From assembly GCA_021414185.1 (NCBI GenBank), contig JAIOOZ010000304.1, positions 1 through 37,455 of the forward strand: a stretch of DNA of 37,455 nt, read 5' to 3'. The notes beneath the pieces are model-generated. The model saw only the letters and a list, made by a program, of their open reading frames with translations, was not told the DNA's origin and did no database searches. Every line of letters begins with the position of its first letter. Within the stretch, counting starts at the first letter, position 1. This document shows, piece by piece, positions 7,920-18,700 of the stretch. Origin of the DNA: Betaproteobacteria bacterium. GTDB lineage: Bacteria; Pseudomonadota; Gammaproteobacteria; Burkholderiales; SG8-41. A program made the position numbers and the translations under genes.

Positions 7920-10916
7920 TCAACCGAGAGAGTTGAGCAGTTGCTTCGCTTCCGTCTGCTGCGCCGCGTCGCCCTCTTTGATGACTTCCTGCAGGATTTC
8001 GCGCGCACCGTCCTTGTCGCCCATTTCCTGGTAAGCCTTGGCCAGATCGAATTTGGTTTGCACATCGTACCAATGATCGTCCTTGGCGCCAGCCCCGGCC
8101 GCGGCGTCCGCTTTGGGCGCGTCGTCGAGGTTGAGGCTGATATCGTCAAGCTTGATATCTGGAATGTCGAGAGGGGGAATGGCCGGAGCGCTGCCCGGCG
8201 CCATCGTTACGTCACCGCCGAGGTCGAGTTTGAAATCGGGGTCGAGCGGCACCACCGAACTGGTGCCGACCGGTGCGGCAGGCGCCGCGCCGGCGATGTC
8301 GAAATCCATCGTGAGGCCGGCGGCATTGTCCTGATTTTCCGGGCTGATAACTACCGTGCTGTCGTGCTTGAAGTCAGCGGGTTCGGCCGGCTTGGCGGGT
8401 GCGTCCGCCGCAGCCGTCGCATCAAAATTGAAATCGATCACGCTGGCCATCGGCACCGCGGAGTCGCCGGTGACATTGGTCTTGGTCATGTCGTTTTCGC
8501 CGCCCGGACCAACCGTAATGTCGGTCATGGTTGCAGGAGCCGCGCCGGCAGGAACGTTCAGCGTGAAGTCGGGCGATGCCGCTTCGGTAAACGCTTTGGC
8601 GGAAACCGAATCCTGGGTGATATCGTGCATTTCCGGGTCGGGCGGCAGCCCTGAGGCGCCCGCCGCCAATTCGCCGGGGCGCATCATCATGGTCTTCTCG
8701 CCGCTGTCCAGCGCCACGTCGGTCTTGGTTGGGCCGCCCGCGCCCGGCGCCAACTCGAGATCGAAGTCTAGGTCGGTACCTGGGATCCCGCCGCCAACCG
8801 CCGGTGCCGCGGCCGCTGGCGCCGACTTGCCGGCTTCGTAGAGCGCATTTTCAGGATCGAACGCATAGCCCATGCCGGCTGCTTTGAGCCAGTTGTCGCC
8901 AACGCCCGCCGTTTGCGTGTGCAGCTTGCTGGCGATTTTCTCGAATTCTCCCTTGTCCTTGCGCGCGGCGTAAATCTGCAGCAACTTGAGCTGCGCTTCT
9001 TCATGTTGCGGATTTTTCTCGAGCGCTTCTTTCAGCACTTCTTCGGCCTGCGCATCGCGGCCGAAGTTGAGGTAGAGGTCGGCTTCCGCCAGTGGGTCGA
9101 CGTCATCGCTGCCTGCGACCGCGGGACTCATCACCGGCGAAGCCGTCATCGCCGTAGCGGGCGCTGCGCCAGGTTTGGCAATCGTCGGCGCGGTTTTCGG
9201 GGCTTTACCGCCGCCATCGCCGTCCTGCGCACGCCGGCGGCGCGCGAACCAGAAGGCACCGCCGCCTAGCACCGCAAGTCCGCCGAGACCACCGGCCAGA
9301 TAAATGGGATCGGTGGCTGCGCTGATGATCTGATCCACCAGGCTCGGCTCCGCCACGACAGGGGGAGGTACCGGCTTGGGTTTCGGTTTAGGTGCCGGCT
9401 CGGCTTTCGGCGTATCGGCCTTGGGCGCTTCGCCTTTGGCCATATCGGCTTTCGGCGCATCGCCTTTAAGTGCTTCGCCTTTTGGCGGCTCCACTACCGG
9501 CGGCACAGCTTTCTGGTCCGCTTTTTGATCGGCTTTGGGCGGTTCGACAGGGGCTTTGCCGGCGTCTTTCGGCGGCTCCATCTTCGCTGCCTCTGCCTTC
9601 GGCGGTTCCGCTTTGGCGGGGGCGGGCGGCGGCGCTTTAGTTGCTTCGCCTTTCGCCTCAGCCTTCGCAGGCGGCGGAGTTACGGCCGGTTTCGCGCCCG
9701 GCACCGTACCTTTAAGTTCGAGCAGGCGCTGCATGTCCTTGATATTCTTTTCGAGCTGCGCGACGCGTTCGTTGGCTTCGGCCAGCGATTTCTCGCGCGC
9801 CGTTGCCTCTTCTTCCATCATGCGCAGGCGCTCTTTGGCCGAAGCCGGTTTGCCGCTGCCGGCCTTGCCTGGCGCGGCTGCGTCGCCCTTCGTCAGTTTC
9901 AGCACTTCTTTGGGCGCTTCTTTGCCCGCCGCTTTGTCCTCGGCGGCTGTAATCTTGCCGCTCGCCGCCGACTTGGTCGATTCCTGCGCCGGCGTAGTGC
10001 CTGCGGCGTCCGCCAGCTTGGCGCGATAAGCATTCCAATTCGAGGCCTGCACGCGAACTTCTTTGGTCGCCGCGGCCGGCGCCGTTTCGGCGATGCTTTC
10101 TTTTTCCGGCACGCGCAGGATCTTGCCGGTCTTCAACCGGTTCATGTTGCCGGCGAATGCATCCGTATTATTGCGGTAGAGCGTGACCAGCATCTGATCG
10201 AGAGTCACGCCTTCGGGCTTGACGCTGGCGGCGATCTTGGCGAGCGTATCGCCGCGTTTGACCGCGTATTCAGAGGCGGCGGCCTTCGCGGGCGCTGGTG
10301 AAGGCGCCGCTTTGCCGGCCGGCGCTTTCGGCGCAGGCGCGGCGGCAACCGCTTCAGGCTGCGGCGGCGGCGGCGTTGGCGCAATCGCCTTGGTCTCGGG
10401 CGCCGCAGACGGCGCGACTGGTGTCGCAGCCGCAACCGGCGGCCGCACAGGGGCAGGCGCAGTCGGCGTATATCCCGGCGGATCGATCAGCGCCGTGTAT
10501 TCGCGCAGCAGGCGTCCTTGTGCCCAACTCAACTCGATCAGCACGCCCAGAAAAGGCTCGTTGATCGCGCGGCTCGAAGTCATTTTGATATAGGGCTTGC
10601 CGTCGGCGCGCCGCTCTATGCTCAGGCGCACGCCGATCAGGGCCGGGCTGTACTGCATGTTGGCTTGCTGAAATGCTTCGGGCGAAGCAAGGCGTGCCGT
10701 CAGTGTGGCTAATTCGTCCTTTTGCACAGACACCAGATCGATTTCCGCCGACAGCGGCTGACCCAATGACGACAAAACGGTGAATTTGCCCAAGCCGGCC
10801 GCATGGGCAACCCACGGGTACAGCAGGAAAACTCCTGCCCATAACCATGTTTTATATGGGATTTTGCGCACGGCCCAACCTTTTGTTATTTTCTGCAACA
10901 AGTAAATTAACATCAA
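7920..10916 (-). CDS. fimV: FimV-like peptidoglycan-binding (LysM) / TPR scaffold protein
   Basis: 998 aa. Signal-like N-terminus, LysM module (YAVKRGDTLAKIAASV...GKILRVP), long Ala/Pro/Lys low-complexity linkers, and one TM (IYLAGGLGGLAVLGGGAFWFARRRR). TPR-like segments follow, ending in the FimV-type C-terminal motif DDHWYDVQTKFDLAKAYQEMGDKDGAREILQEVI. The start is uncertain: TTG 10916, ATG 10913 or GTG 10871. Confidence 0.85.
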   Translation of the reverse strand: MMLIYLLQKITKGWAVRKIPYKTWLWAGVFLLYPWVAHAAGLGKFTVLSSLGQPLSAEIDLVSVQKDELATLTARLASPEAFQQANMQYSPALIGVRLSIERRADGKPYIKMTSSRAINEPFLGVLIELSWAQGRLLREYTALIDPPGYTPTAPAPVRPPVAAATPVAPSAAPETKAIAPTPPPPQPEAVAAAPAPKAPAGKAAPSPAPAKAAASEYAVKRGDTLAKIAASVKPEGVTLDQMLVTLYRNNTDAFAGNMNRLKTGKILRVPEKESIAETAPAAATKEVRVQASNWNAYRAKLADAAGTTPAQESTKSAASGKITAAEDKAAGKEAPKEVLKLTKGDAAAPGKAGSGKPASAKERLRMMEEEATAREKSLAEANERVAQLEKNIKDMQRLLELKGTVPGAKPAVTPPPAKAEAKGEATKAPPPAPAKAEPPKAEAAKMEPPKDAGKAPVEPPKADQKADQKAVPPVVEPPKGEALKGDAPKADMAKGEAPKADTPKAEPAPKPKPKPVPPPVVAEPSLVDQIISAATDPIYLAGGLGGLAVLGGGAFWFARRRRAQDGDGGGKAPKTAPTIAKPGAAPATAMTASPVMSPAVAGSDDVDPLAEADLYLNFGRDAQAEEVLKEALEKNPQHEEAQLKLLQIYAARKDKGEFEKIASKLHTQTAGVGDNWLKAAGMGYAFDPENALYEAGKSAPAAAAPAVGGGIPGTDLDFDLELAPGAGGPTKTDVALDSGEKTMMMRPGELAAGASGLPPDPEMHDITQDSVSAKAFTEAASPDFTLNVPAGAAPATMTDITVGPGGENDMTKTNVTGDSAVPMASVIDFNFDATAAADAPAKPAEPADFKHDSTVVISPENQDNAAGLTMDFDIAGAAPAAPVGTSSVVPLDPDFKLDLGGDVTMAPGSAPAIPPLDIPDIKLDDISLNLDDAPKADAAAGAGAKDDHWYDVQTKFDLAKAYQEMGDKDGAREILQEVIKEGDAAQQTEAKQLLNSLG

Positions 10917-11083
10917 ATAGTTAGGGTTGCAAGCTAACCTTGCCTCTAACCTTATGAATCTATTGGCTAGCCGATAATCATTATTTTACCAGAGACCACC
11001 CATTCAACCCTGTGGATAAATGCCTGGAATCCGGCGTTTTGGTCGCTTTTTTTAATGCCTGCCGCCAAGTATGCAGGCACTGA

Positions 11084-12211
11084 CTAGCGTTCCAACAATA
11101 TGCGCAACATGCGGCGCAAAGGTTCGGCGGCGCCCCATAGCAACTGGTCTCCAACGGTGAATGCGGACAGATAGTCGCCGCCCATCGCCAGTTTGCGCAA
11201 ACGCCCGACCGGAATATGCATTTGCCCAGTGACCGCGGCAGGCGTCAATTCGCGCTCGGACCGCTCGCGCTGATTGGGCACGACGCGCACCCATTCATTG
11301 GCCGATGCCAGCATGCCGGCTATCTCGTCGAGCGGGACGTCCCGCTTCAACTTGATGGTCAGCGCCTGGCTGTGGCAGCGCATCGCACCGACGCGCACGC
11401 ACAGGCTCTCGACCGGCGTTACCGGCGTGCCGAAGGCGTCGCCGCGCCCGAGTATCTTGTTGGTCTCGGCGCCGCCTTTCCATTCTTCGAGCGACATGCC
11501 GTTGCCCATGTCCTGGTCTATCCACGGAATCAGGTTGCCAGCGAGCGGCACGCCGCGGAAATTTTCCATCGGCAGCGCGCCGCCCGTCTGGCTGGCGTGC
11601 ACCTTGCGGTCTATTTCCAGAATGGCCGAAGCCGGGTCGGCCAGCAGGTCTTTGACCTCGGTATGGACCAGGCCGAACTGGGTCAGCAGTTCGCGCATGT
11701 GCTGCGCGCCGCCGCCCGACGCAGCCTGGTACGTCATGCATGTCATCCACTCGACGAGATCGTGCTGGAACAGGCCGTGCAGGCCCATCAGCATGCAGCT
11801 CACGGTGCAATTGCCGCCGATGTAATTGCGGATGCCCTTGGTCAGCGCGTTCTTGATGACAGGCATGTTGACGGGGTCGAGAATAATGACCGCATCGTCT
11901 TTCATGCGCAGCGTCTTGGCCGCGTCTATCCAATAGCCTTGCCAGCCCGCCGCGCGCAATTGCGGATACATCGCCGTCGTGTATTCGCCGCCCTGGCAGG
12001 TGATGATGACATCCATCGCTTTCAACGCATCGACGGAACTCGCATCCTTGAGCGGTTCGATGTCCCGGCCGATGGCGGGACCTTTGCCGCCGACCTGCGA
12101 AGTCGTGAAAAAAAACGGCTCTATGAGGTCGAAGTCACGCTCGGCCTGCATGCGTTGCATCAGCACCGAACCGACCATCCCCCGCCATCCGACAAAACCT
12201 GTACGCATCAT
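11084..12211 (-). CDS. asd: aspartate-semialdehyde dehydrogenase
   Basis: 375 aa, [21 protein letters not shown]... with the active-site region GGNCTVS. Confidence 0.93.
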   Translation of the reverse strand: MMRTGFVGWRGMVGSVLMQRMQAERDFDLIEPFFFTTSQVGGKGPAIGRDIEPLKDASSVDALKAMDVIITCQGGEYTTAMYPQLRAAGWQGYWIDAAKTLRMKDDAVIILDPVNMPVIKNALTKGIRNYIGGNCTVSCMLMGLHGLFQHDLVEWMTCMTYQAASGGGAQHMRELLTQFGLVHTEVKDLLADPASAILEIDRKVHASQTGGALPMENFRGVPLAGNLIPWIDQDMGNGMSLEEWKGGAETNKILGRGDAFGTPVTPVESLCVRVGAMRCHSQALTIKLKRDVPLDEIAGMLASANEWVRVVPNQRERSERELTPAAVTGQMHIPVGRLRKLAMGGDYLSAFTVGDQLLWGAAEPLRRMLRILLER

Positions 12212-12265
12212 GATTGCATTACTTAAATAAATCCTAACGTTGCATGCATCGCCGGGGTTGACGTA

Positions 12266-13333
12266 TCACTGCATCGCGGCGACGACCGCATCGCCCATCT
12301 CTATGGTCCCGACGCGCCGCATTTCGGTCTCGTAGATGTCGGCGGTGCGATAACCCTGGCCAAGGACCTTCTTTACCGCCGCCTCGATGCGCTTGGCGGC
12401 TTCTTCTTCATTGAACGTGTAGCGCAACATCATCGCAGCCGACAATATCGTCGCCAGCGGATTCGCCAGATTTTTACCGGCGATATCGGGCGCGGAACCG
12501 TGCGCCGGCTCGTACAAACCCTTGTTGTTCGCATCGAGCGAAGCAGACGGCAGCATGCCGATAGAGCCGGTCAGCATCGACGCTTCGTCCGACAGGATAT
12601 CGCCGAACATGTTGCCGGTGACGATGACGTCGAACTGCTTGGGATTGCGCACGAGCTGCATCGCCGCGTTGTCGACGTACATGTGCGACAACTCGACCTG
12701 CGGATATTTTTTGGCGACGTCCTTGACGATTTCGCGCCAGAAGCGGCTCGTTTCTAGAACGTTTTCCTTGTCGACCGAAGTCAGCTTTTTGCCGCGCTTC
12801 ATCGCCGCCTGAAAACCCACGTCCGCGATGCGCCGTATCTCGGACTCGGAATACAACATGGTGTCGTAACCTTCGCGTTCGCCGCGCGCATTGGTGCGCC
12901 GCCCGCGCGGTTCGCCGAAATAGATGTCGCCCGTCAATTCGCGCAAAATCAGGATATCGAGACCGGCAACCAGCTCGGGCTTCAACGAAGACGCGCTGGC
13001 AAGCTCTTCGAACACCTTGGCCGGACGCAGGTTGGCGAACAGCTGCAATTCCTTGCGTATGCGCAGAATACCCTGCTCGGGACGTTTTTCGCGCGGCAAC
13101 GCATCGTATTGCGGGCCGCCGACGGCGCCGCACAGCACGGCATCGGCTGCACGCGCGAGCTTCAACGTGGACTCGGGCAATGGGTCGCCGTGCGCGTCGT
13201 AGCCGGCGCCGCCGTACGGCGCCGCTTCGAGTTCGAGCTTGAGCCCGTCGCGCCGCAGCACTTCGAGCACCTTGTGCGCCTGCGCGATGATTTCAGGACC
13301 GATGCCGTCGCCGGCCAGTACGGCGATCTTCAT
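12266..13333 (-). CDS. leuB: 3-isopropylmalate dehydrogenase
   Basis: The track ORF extends to 13384. The homologous N-terminus [15 protein letters not shown] begins at the internal ATG 13333..13331. NLFGDILSD-type motif present (NMFGDILSD). Confidence 0.93.
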   Translation of the reverse strand: MKIAVLAGDGIGPEIIAQAHKVLEVLRRDGLKLELEAAPYGGAGYDAHGDPLPESTLKLARAADAVLCGAVGGPQYDALPREKRPEQGILRIRKELQLFANLRPAKVFEELASASSLKPELVAGLDILILRELTGDIYFGEPRGRRTNARGEREGYDTMLYSESEIRRIADVGFQAAMKRGKKLTSVDKENVLETSRFWREIVKDVAKKYPQVELSHMYVDNAAMQLVRNPKQFDVIVTGNMFGDILSDEASMLTGSIGMLPSASLDANNKGLYEPAHGSAPDIAGKNLANPLATILSAAMMLRYTFNEEEAAKRIEAAVKKVLGQGYRTADIYETEMRRVGTIEMGDAVVAAMQ

Positions 13334-13343
13334 CGCCGGGAAA

Positions 13344-13436
13344 GGCGTGAGGCGTGAGGCGCGAGGCGCAAGGCAAAACAGCACCGAGAGACGAAAACCG
13401 GGTTTATTCCCTTATTCTTCACTCCTCACCCCTCAG
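13344..13436. repeat. heptad-periodic inverted-repeat element, copy A (leuD-leuB spacer)
   Basis: The plus-strand left arm is GGCGTGA GGCGTGA GGCGCGA GGCGCAA GGC (13344..13374). The right arm is CCTTATT CTTCACT CCTCACC CCTCAG (13410..13436). The reverse complement of the right arm (CTGAGGG GTGAGGA GTGAAGA ATAAGG) aligns to the left arm at about 19 of 27 positions plus G-U pairs. Confidence 0.7.
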
Positions 13437-14075
13437 TCAATTAAACAGCCAGTGCTGCTCGCCGCGCCGTTTGGTCTCGAACGCCTTGATCTTGTCGGCG
13501 TGTTCCAGCGTCAGGCCGATTTCATCGAGGCCGTTCTTCAGGCAATGCTTGCGAAACGGATCGATGTCGAATTTGATCGATTCGCCGCCGGGCGTCGTCA
13601 CGGTCTGTTCGTCGAGATCTATGGCCAGTCGATAACCGGACTGCGCCGCGGCTTCCTTGAAAAGCCGGTCGACGATCTTGCCGTCCATGCGGATCAGCAA
13701 AAGACCGTTCTTGAAGCTGTTATTGAAAAATATGTCGGCGAAACTCGGTGCTATCACCGCCTGAAAACCGTATTGCAGCAATGCCCACGGCGCGTGCTCG
13801 CGCGAAGAGCCGCAGCCGAAATTCTCGCGCGCGAGCAAAATCTGCGCACCCTGGTAACGCGGCTGATTGAGTATGAAATCGGGATTGAGCGGGCGCTTCG
13901 TATTGTCCATGCCCGGCTCGCCGTGATCGAGATAACGCCACTCGTCGAACAGATTGGGGCCGTAACCGGTCTTCTTGATCGATTTCAGGAACTGCTTGGG
14001 AATGACCGCATCGGTGTCCACGTTGGCGCGGTCGAGCGGCGCCACCAAACCTTCACGCGAAATGAATTTTTCCAT
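13437..14075 (-). CDS. leuD: 3-isopropylmalate dehydratase small subunit
   Basis: The track ORF (to 14282) overlaps leuC. The homologous start is internal Met 70 (ATG 14075..14073): [31 protein letters not shown]... Confidence 0.92.
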   Translation of the reverse strand: MEKFISREGLVAPLDRANVDTDAVIPKQFLKSIKKTGYGPNLFDEWRYLDHGEPGMDNTKRPLNPDFILNQPRYQGAQILLARENFGCGSSREHAPWALLQYGFQAVIAPSFADIFFNNSFKNGLLLIRMDGKIVDRLFKEAAAQSGYRLAIDLDEQTVTTPGGESIKFDIDPFRKHCLKNGLDEIGLTLEHADKIKAFETKRRGEQHWLFN

Positions 14076-14083
14076 GTTAAATC

Positions 14084-15493
14084 CTAAGCAAGTGTGCGCA
14101 CATCGACGAAGTGGCCGCTGACCGCCGCGGCCGCCGCCATCGCCGGACTCACCAGGTGCGTGCGTCCGCCCGCGCCCTGGCGCCCTTCGAAATTGCGGTT
14201 CGAAGTCGACGCGCAACGCTCGCCCGGCGACAGCTGGTCTTCGTTCATGCCGAGGCACATCGAGCAACCCGGCTCGCGCCATTCAAACCCGGCTTCGACG
14301 AATATCTTGTCCAGCCCTTCCTTCTCAGCCTGGCGTTTCACCAGCCCCGAGCCCGGCACCACCATTGCGAGTTTCACGTTGCCCGCCACCTTGCGGCCGC
14401 GCGCGATCGCAGCCGCCGCACGCAAATCCTCGATGCGCGAGTTGGTGCAAGCGCCGATGAACACCTTGTCGATCTGGATATCGGTGATCGCCGTGTTCGG
14501 CTTGAGCCCCATGTATTTGAGCGCGCGTTCTATCCATTCGCGCTTGACCGGGTCGGTTTCCTTCGCGGGGTCCGGCACTTTGCCGCCTATCGTCGTGACC
14601 ATTTCAGGCGAAGTGCCCCAAGTCACCTGCGGCTGGATGTCGGCCGCGGCGAGCGTCACCACCTTGTCAAACTTGGCGCCATCGTCGCTTTTCAGCGTGC
14701 GCCAGTGCGCGACGGCCTTGTCCCACATCGCGCCGGTGGGCGCGAGCGGCCGCCCTTTTACGTACTCGATGGTCGTGTCGTCGACGGCGACCATGCCGGC
14801 GCGCGCGCCCGCTTCGATCGCCATGTTGCACAGCGTGAGGCGCGCTTCAATCGACAACGCGCGTATCGTGCTGCCTGCAAATTCGAGCGAATAGCCGGTG
14901 CCGCCCGCGGTGCCGATCTTGCCGATCACCGCCAGCGCGATGTCCTTGGCGGTGACGCCTGCGCCCAGTTCGCCCTCGACCAGCACCTGCATCGCCTTGG
15001 TTTTTTTCTGCACCAGGCACTGTGTCGCCATCACGTGTTCGACTTCGGAAGTGCCGATGCCGAACGCGAGGCAGCCGAGCGCGCCATGCGTGCTGGTGTG
15101 GGAATCGCCGCACACCACCGTCATGCCCGGCAGCGTCGCGCCGTTTTCGGGCCCGATCACGTGCACGATGCCCTGCTTCTCGTGCAAAAACGGAAAGTAG
15201 CTAAGCGCGCCCCACTCCTTGATGTTGGCGTCGAGCGTTTCGACCTGCAGGCGCGAGACCGGCTCCGTGATGCCTTTGTCCCAGTTGCGAGTCGGCGTGT
15301 TGTGGTCAGCGGTCGCCACGATGGAGCTCACGCGCCACGGCTTGCGGCCGGCGACTTTGAGGCCCTCGTACGCCTGCGGGCTGGTGACTTCGTGCACCAA
15401 GTGGCGGTCGACATAAATCAGCGCCGTGCCGTCCGCGTCCTGCTGCACTACGTGGTCGTCCCACAATTTGTCGTAGAGTGTGCGTGCTGCCAT
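14084..15493 (-). CDS. leuC: 3-isopropylmalate dehydratase large subunit
   Basis: 469 aa, [16 protein letters not shown]...[15 protein letters not shown]-type motif. Aconitase-family Fe-S cysteines are present ([15 protein letters not shown]). Confidence 0.95.
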   Translation of the reverse strand: MAARTLYDKLWDDHVVQQDADGTALIYVDRHLVHEVTSPQAYEGLKVAGRKPWRVSSIVATADHNTPTRNWDKGITEPVSRLQVETLDANIKEWGALSYFPFLHEKQGIVHVIGPENGATLPGMTVVCGDSHTSTHGALGCLAFGIGTSEVEHVMATQCLVQKKTKAMQVLVEGELGAGVTAKDIALAVIGKIGTAGGTGYSLEFAGSTIRALSIEARLTLCNMAIEAGARAGMVAVDDTTIEYVKGRPLAPTGAMWDKAVAHWRTLKSDDGAKFDKVVTLAAADIQPQVTWGTSPEMVTTIGGKVPDPAKETDPVKREWIERALKYMGLKPNTAITDIQIDKVFIGACTNSRIEDLRAAAAIARGRKVAGNVKLAMVVPGSGLVKRQAEKEGLDKIFVEAGFEWREPGCSMCLGMNEDQLSPGERCASTSNRNFEGRQGAGGRTHLVSPAMAAAAAVSGHFVDVRTLA

Positions 15494-15700
15494 GATGATT
15501 GCCGTTAAAAGTGTCTTTGATAACCTGAAATTATCCCATAATCCCGGCGCTCGTGACTATAACGGTCAACCGGCAGAATTTGCCGAACCACTATCGAGGC
15601 AGCGCCACCGGTCACCATGCCGGCGAAAGCGCACAGGGTGGCCTTGGTTAAACGCAATTTTCTGGTTTTGTTTCCGACCGATGCTGAGCGCGACAGTTGC

Positions 15701-18700
15701 CTACTTCGCGCCGTCTCCGACCAGCGAGAACGGCGCCCAGAACATCGGGTGCGCATAGGAGTAACGCATTTTGCCGCTGTTGTCGCTCGCGCCCGGCCCG
15801 TCGATTAACGCGAGCATGGCCTGACGCAGCGCTTGCGCGCGGGTGAGATTCGGGTCTTGCATCTGCCGCCGGAACAACTCGGTGGTCAACAAGCGCGCCG
15901 AGACGGATTCCACGGGCCAGTTGGAAACCAGCAGCGCTCGCGCGCCGGCGTAGAAAAACGCGCGCCCGAGTCCCGACACTGCCTCGCTGCCCGCGCCGTC
16001 GCCCGCCGCAGTGTTGCACGCCGAGAGCACCACCCAGTCGGCGTTGAGCTTGAGCGCCAGGATCTCGTCCATGCTGAGCAGCCCGTCGCCGTCGCCGTCG
16101 GCAACCGCCGGCGCCGACAACGCCAGCGCCGGCTGCGTCAAGCCGTCGAGATCGCCCGGCACCAGTCCGTGGGTCGCAAACGCGATCACGCGCCGGTTCG
16201 ACAGATCCATGCGCTTCACCGTGCGCTCGCTCGCCGTCTGGCCGAGGAAAACATCCTGTGCAGGGTCGGCCTTCAAGGCCTGCGCTATTTCACGAATTTC
16301 ATCGGCGGTGTCGGGCAGGCGGGCCAGTTGCGCGAGCGTCGATGAATTCGCCACGTGCTTCCCCACCACGGAAGGTGGTGCACCCGCCTCACTTGCCGGC
16401 AGGCCGTCCATCGACGACGCCGTGGCTTCCACGCGCGCGATCGCGAGGTTACGCAGTCCGAGGTCCGCGCTTGCCAGTTGCACGCGGCTTTCACGAGCCG
16501 CTTGCGCTTGCTGCTCCTTGCTGAAGTACGGATCGCCGAAGCCGGCGAAGGCACGTCGCGCCGCATCCCCCGGCGGCAGCTTGCGCAGGGTTACCAGCGT
16601 GTTGACCGACGGCAATTGCGTGATCGCCACGCGCCGCACCAGCCACGGCACCGCCTTGTACTGCGCGAACATGACGCTGGTGCCGCCGGCTTCAGCAGCG
16701 GCGCCGGTCGGCAACAGCGCGAATGGAAGCTGCCCCAGCGCACCGTGCGGCACGATCAACAGGCTCTGCGCATCCTTCCACGCGGGCTCCACCGGCTTGA
16801 GTAACGCGTCGTAGACCTGTTGCCCGCGCGCAAGATCGAAGCTCGGTATTTGCGCGAGCCCGGTCGCGCCCGAATCGAGCGCCCTGCGTAACCTCCCCAC
16901 GATATCGATAAACTGCGCTTCGCCGAGTGGTGCCATGGCCAAAACGGGCTCGCCCTGCCGGGGTACTGCCCACACGTAAGTCTGGTCCGCGCCGACGTAG
17001 ATCGAGATCAGGGTCTCGCCCGCCTGCAATGCGGCCTGCGCTTCGCGCACCGTGGTGGGCTTGGGGTCGATCAGATTGGCATAGTCGGGAAAGCGCCGCT
17101 CAATTTCGGTCCGCAGTTGCGCGCGCTCGCTGCGCAACGCTACGATCGCGGCACGCATATCGGCCACCACCTTCGGCAACTGCTGGTCGCGTGGCGCCGA
17201 CGCGAGCCGGTTCACCAGGTCCGTCAACACGCCAAGGCGATGCTGGCCATCCTGTTCGCGGCGCGCGAGTTCAGCCAACTGCGGGTCGCGGATCGAAGCG
17301 CGCGTGGCGCTCGAGCTCAACGCGCGCTGCACCTGGCTGCCGCGCGCCACGTCGGCAAGACGGAACGATTCGGCCACCGCTTCCTGACCGGGAGACCCCT
17401 GGGTCAGCAGTGCAATGTACGCTTCCAGGATGCGCGTGAGTCGCAGCGCGCGCGCAATACCGCTGCTTTCTTCGCCGCCCTGCTCCTGGCGCGCAAGTTG
17501 CAGCAGTACCGGCACCGCCATTGCGAATTCCCGCGATGCCCCCGCGCGGTCCCCGCTCGCGGCAAGCGCGATGGCGAGATACCCGCGCAACTCCGCGACC
17601 GAGTAGTCCTGATCACCCAGCCGCGCGCGCGCCGTATCGAACAGTTGCTGCAGCATCGCCGCCGCTTTGGCGGCCTCGCCCGTCATCGTCAGCGCATAGC
17701 CCCAGTTCAGATCGCCAGTGCCGAACTTTTGCAGCAGCAACGGATCACGCGCGAGCCCTTCCTGCATCGCTTCGTACACTGGCAGCGCCTCGCGATACTT
17801 GCCCTGCGCGACGAGCGTCGCGCCGTAGATCTTGCGTGTTTCGGCGAGCCTGATCGATTCAGGAACGACGCCAGTCTTCTCAAGGGTGTCGACCGCGATG
17901 CGCGAAAGCGACTCTGCCTCGCGATAGCGGCCTTGCTCGGACACGACGCGCGCGAGCCGGCCCACAGTAGAGGCGCTGGCCGTCGAAAAGCGTCCGAAAA
18001 GGCGCAGATTGCGCATCAGCACATCGCGATAGGCGGCTTCCGCATCGGCGAGCCGGCCAAGTTGCACTAGCGCGTCGGCGCGATCCTGCTCCTGGAGGTT
18101 TCGGAAAAAGTGGAATTGCCCGGGCGTCCCGAGTTCGCCGCCCCTTTTTTTGATGAGGCCCAAATAGGCTTCCTGGTTTTCATCCATCAGCGCCACCGCC
18201 TTCCCGTAGGCCTGCGCCGCTGCCGCATATTTACCCTCGGCAAGGGCAACGTCTCCCCGCGTGCGCTCGACCGTGGCGCCAAAACGGCGCCGGTACGCCA
18301 CGTCCCAACTCGACATGGACGACAACGATCTCTCCGCCAGCGCGAGGCTTTCTTTTGCCGTGGCGAGGTCGCCGAGGGCCGCGTTGATGCTGGCGACACC
18401 CTGATAAGCAGCGATCAAAAAGGCAGGGTTTGGACGCGCCGTTGAGCGCGTCACGCTCAGCAATTGCTCGGACAGGCGCAGTGCATTGACATAGTTACCC
18501 CCGCCCCGTTCCATTATCGACAGCTCGAACAGCACGCGGCCTTCGATATTGGAGTCTGGTTGCCCGCCAAGACCGCTCGTCATGCCTTTCGCGTGCTCGG
18601 CGGCGATGCGCAAGTCGGCAATGTGGCTGCTCATCATGCCGAGTTCCCCGCGCGCGCGGGAGCGCTCGAAATAGAACCGCGCGAGCGCCGCCTTGTCGGC

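Noticed and set aside
11056-11079. Hairpin TGCCTGC-N10-GCAGGCA just after the asd stop, considered as an intrinsic terminator.
   Set aside because: On the transcribed (minus) strand the stem is followed by UUAAAAAAAG, an A-tract. The T-tract precedes the stem on the plus strand, where no gene is transcribed. It is not a canonical terminator in either useful orientation.
13344-13436. Heptad repeat elements considered as a CRISPR array or a mobile-element terminal repeat.
   Set aside because: The units are 7 nt, contiguous and degenerate, with no unique spacers. No cas, transposase or integrase genes and no target-site duplications are visible. They fit a REP-like intergenic hairpin class instead.
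15505-15756. An 83-aa ORF, or its 37-aa internal version, ending 11 nt upstream of leuC, considered as a leucine-operon leader peptide.
   Set aside because: It has no run of Leu codons, no attenuator-like alternative hairpins, and it overlaps the 3' end of the CHAT gene. It is most likely a chance ORF.
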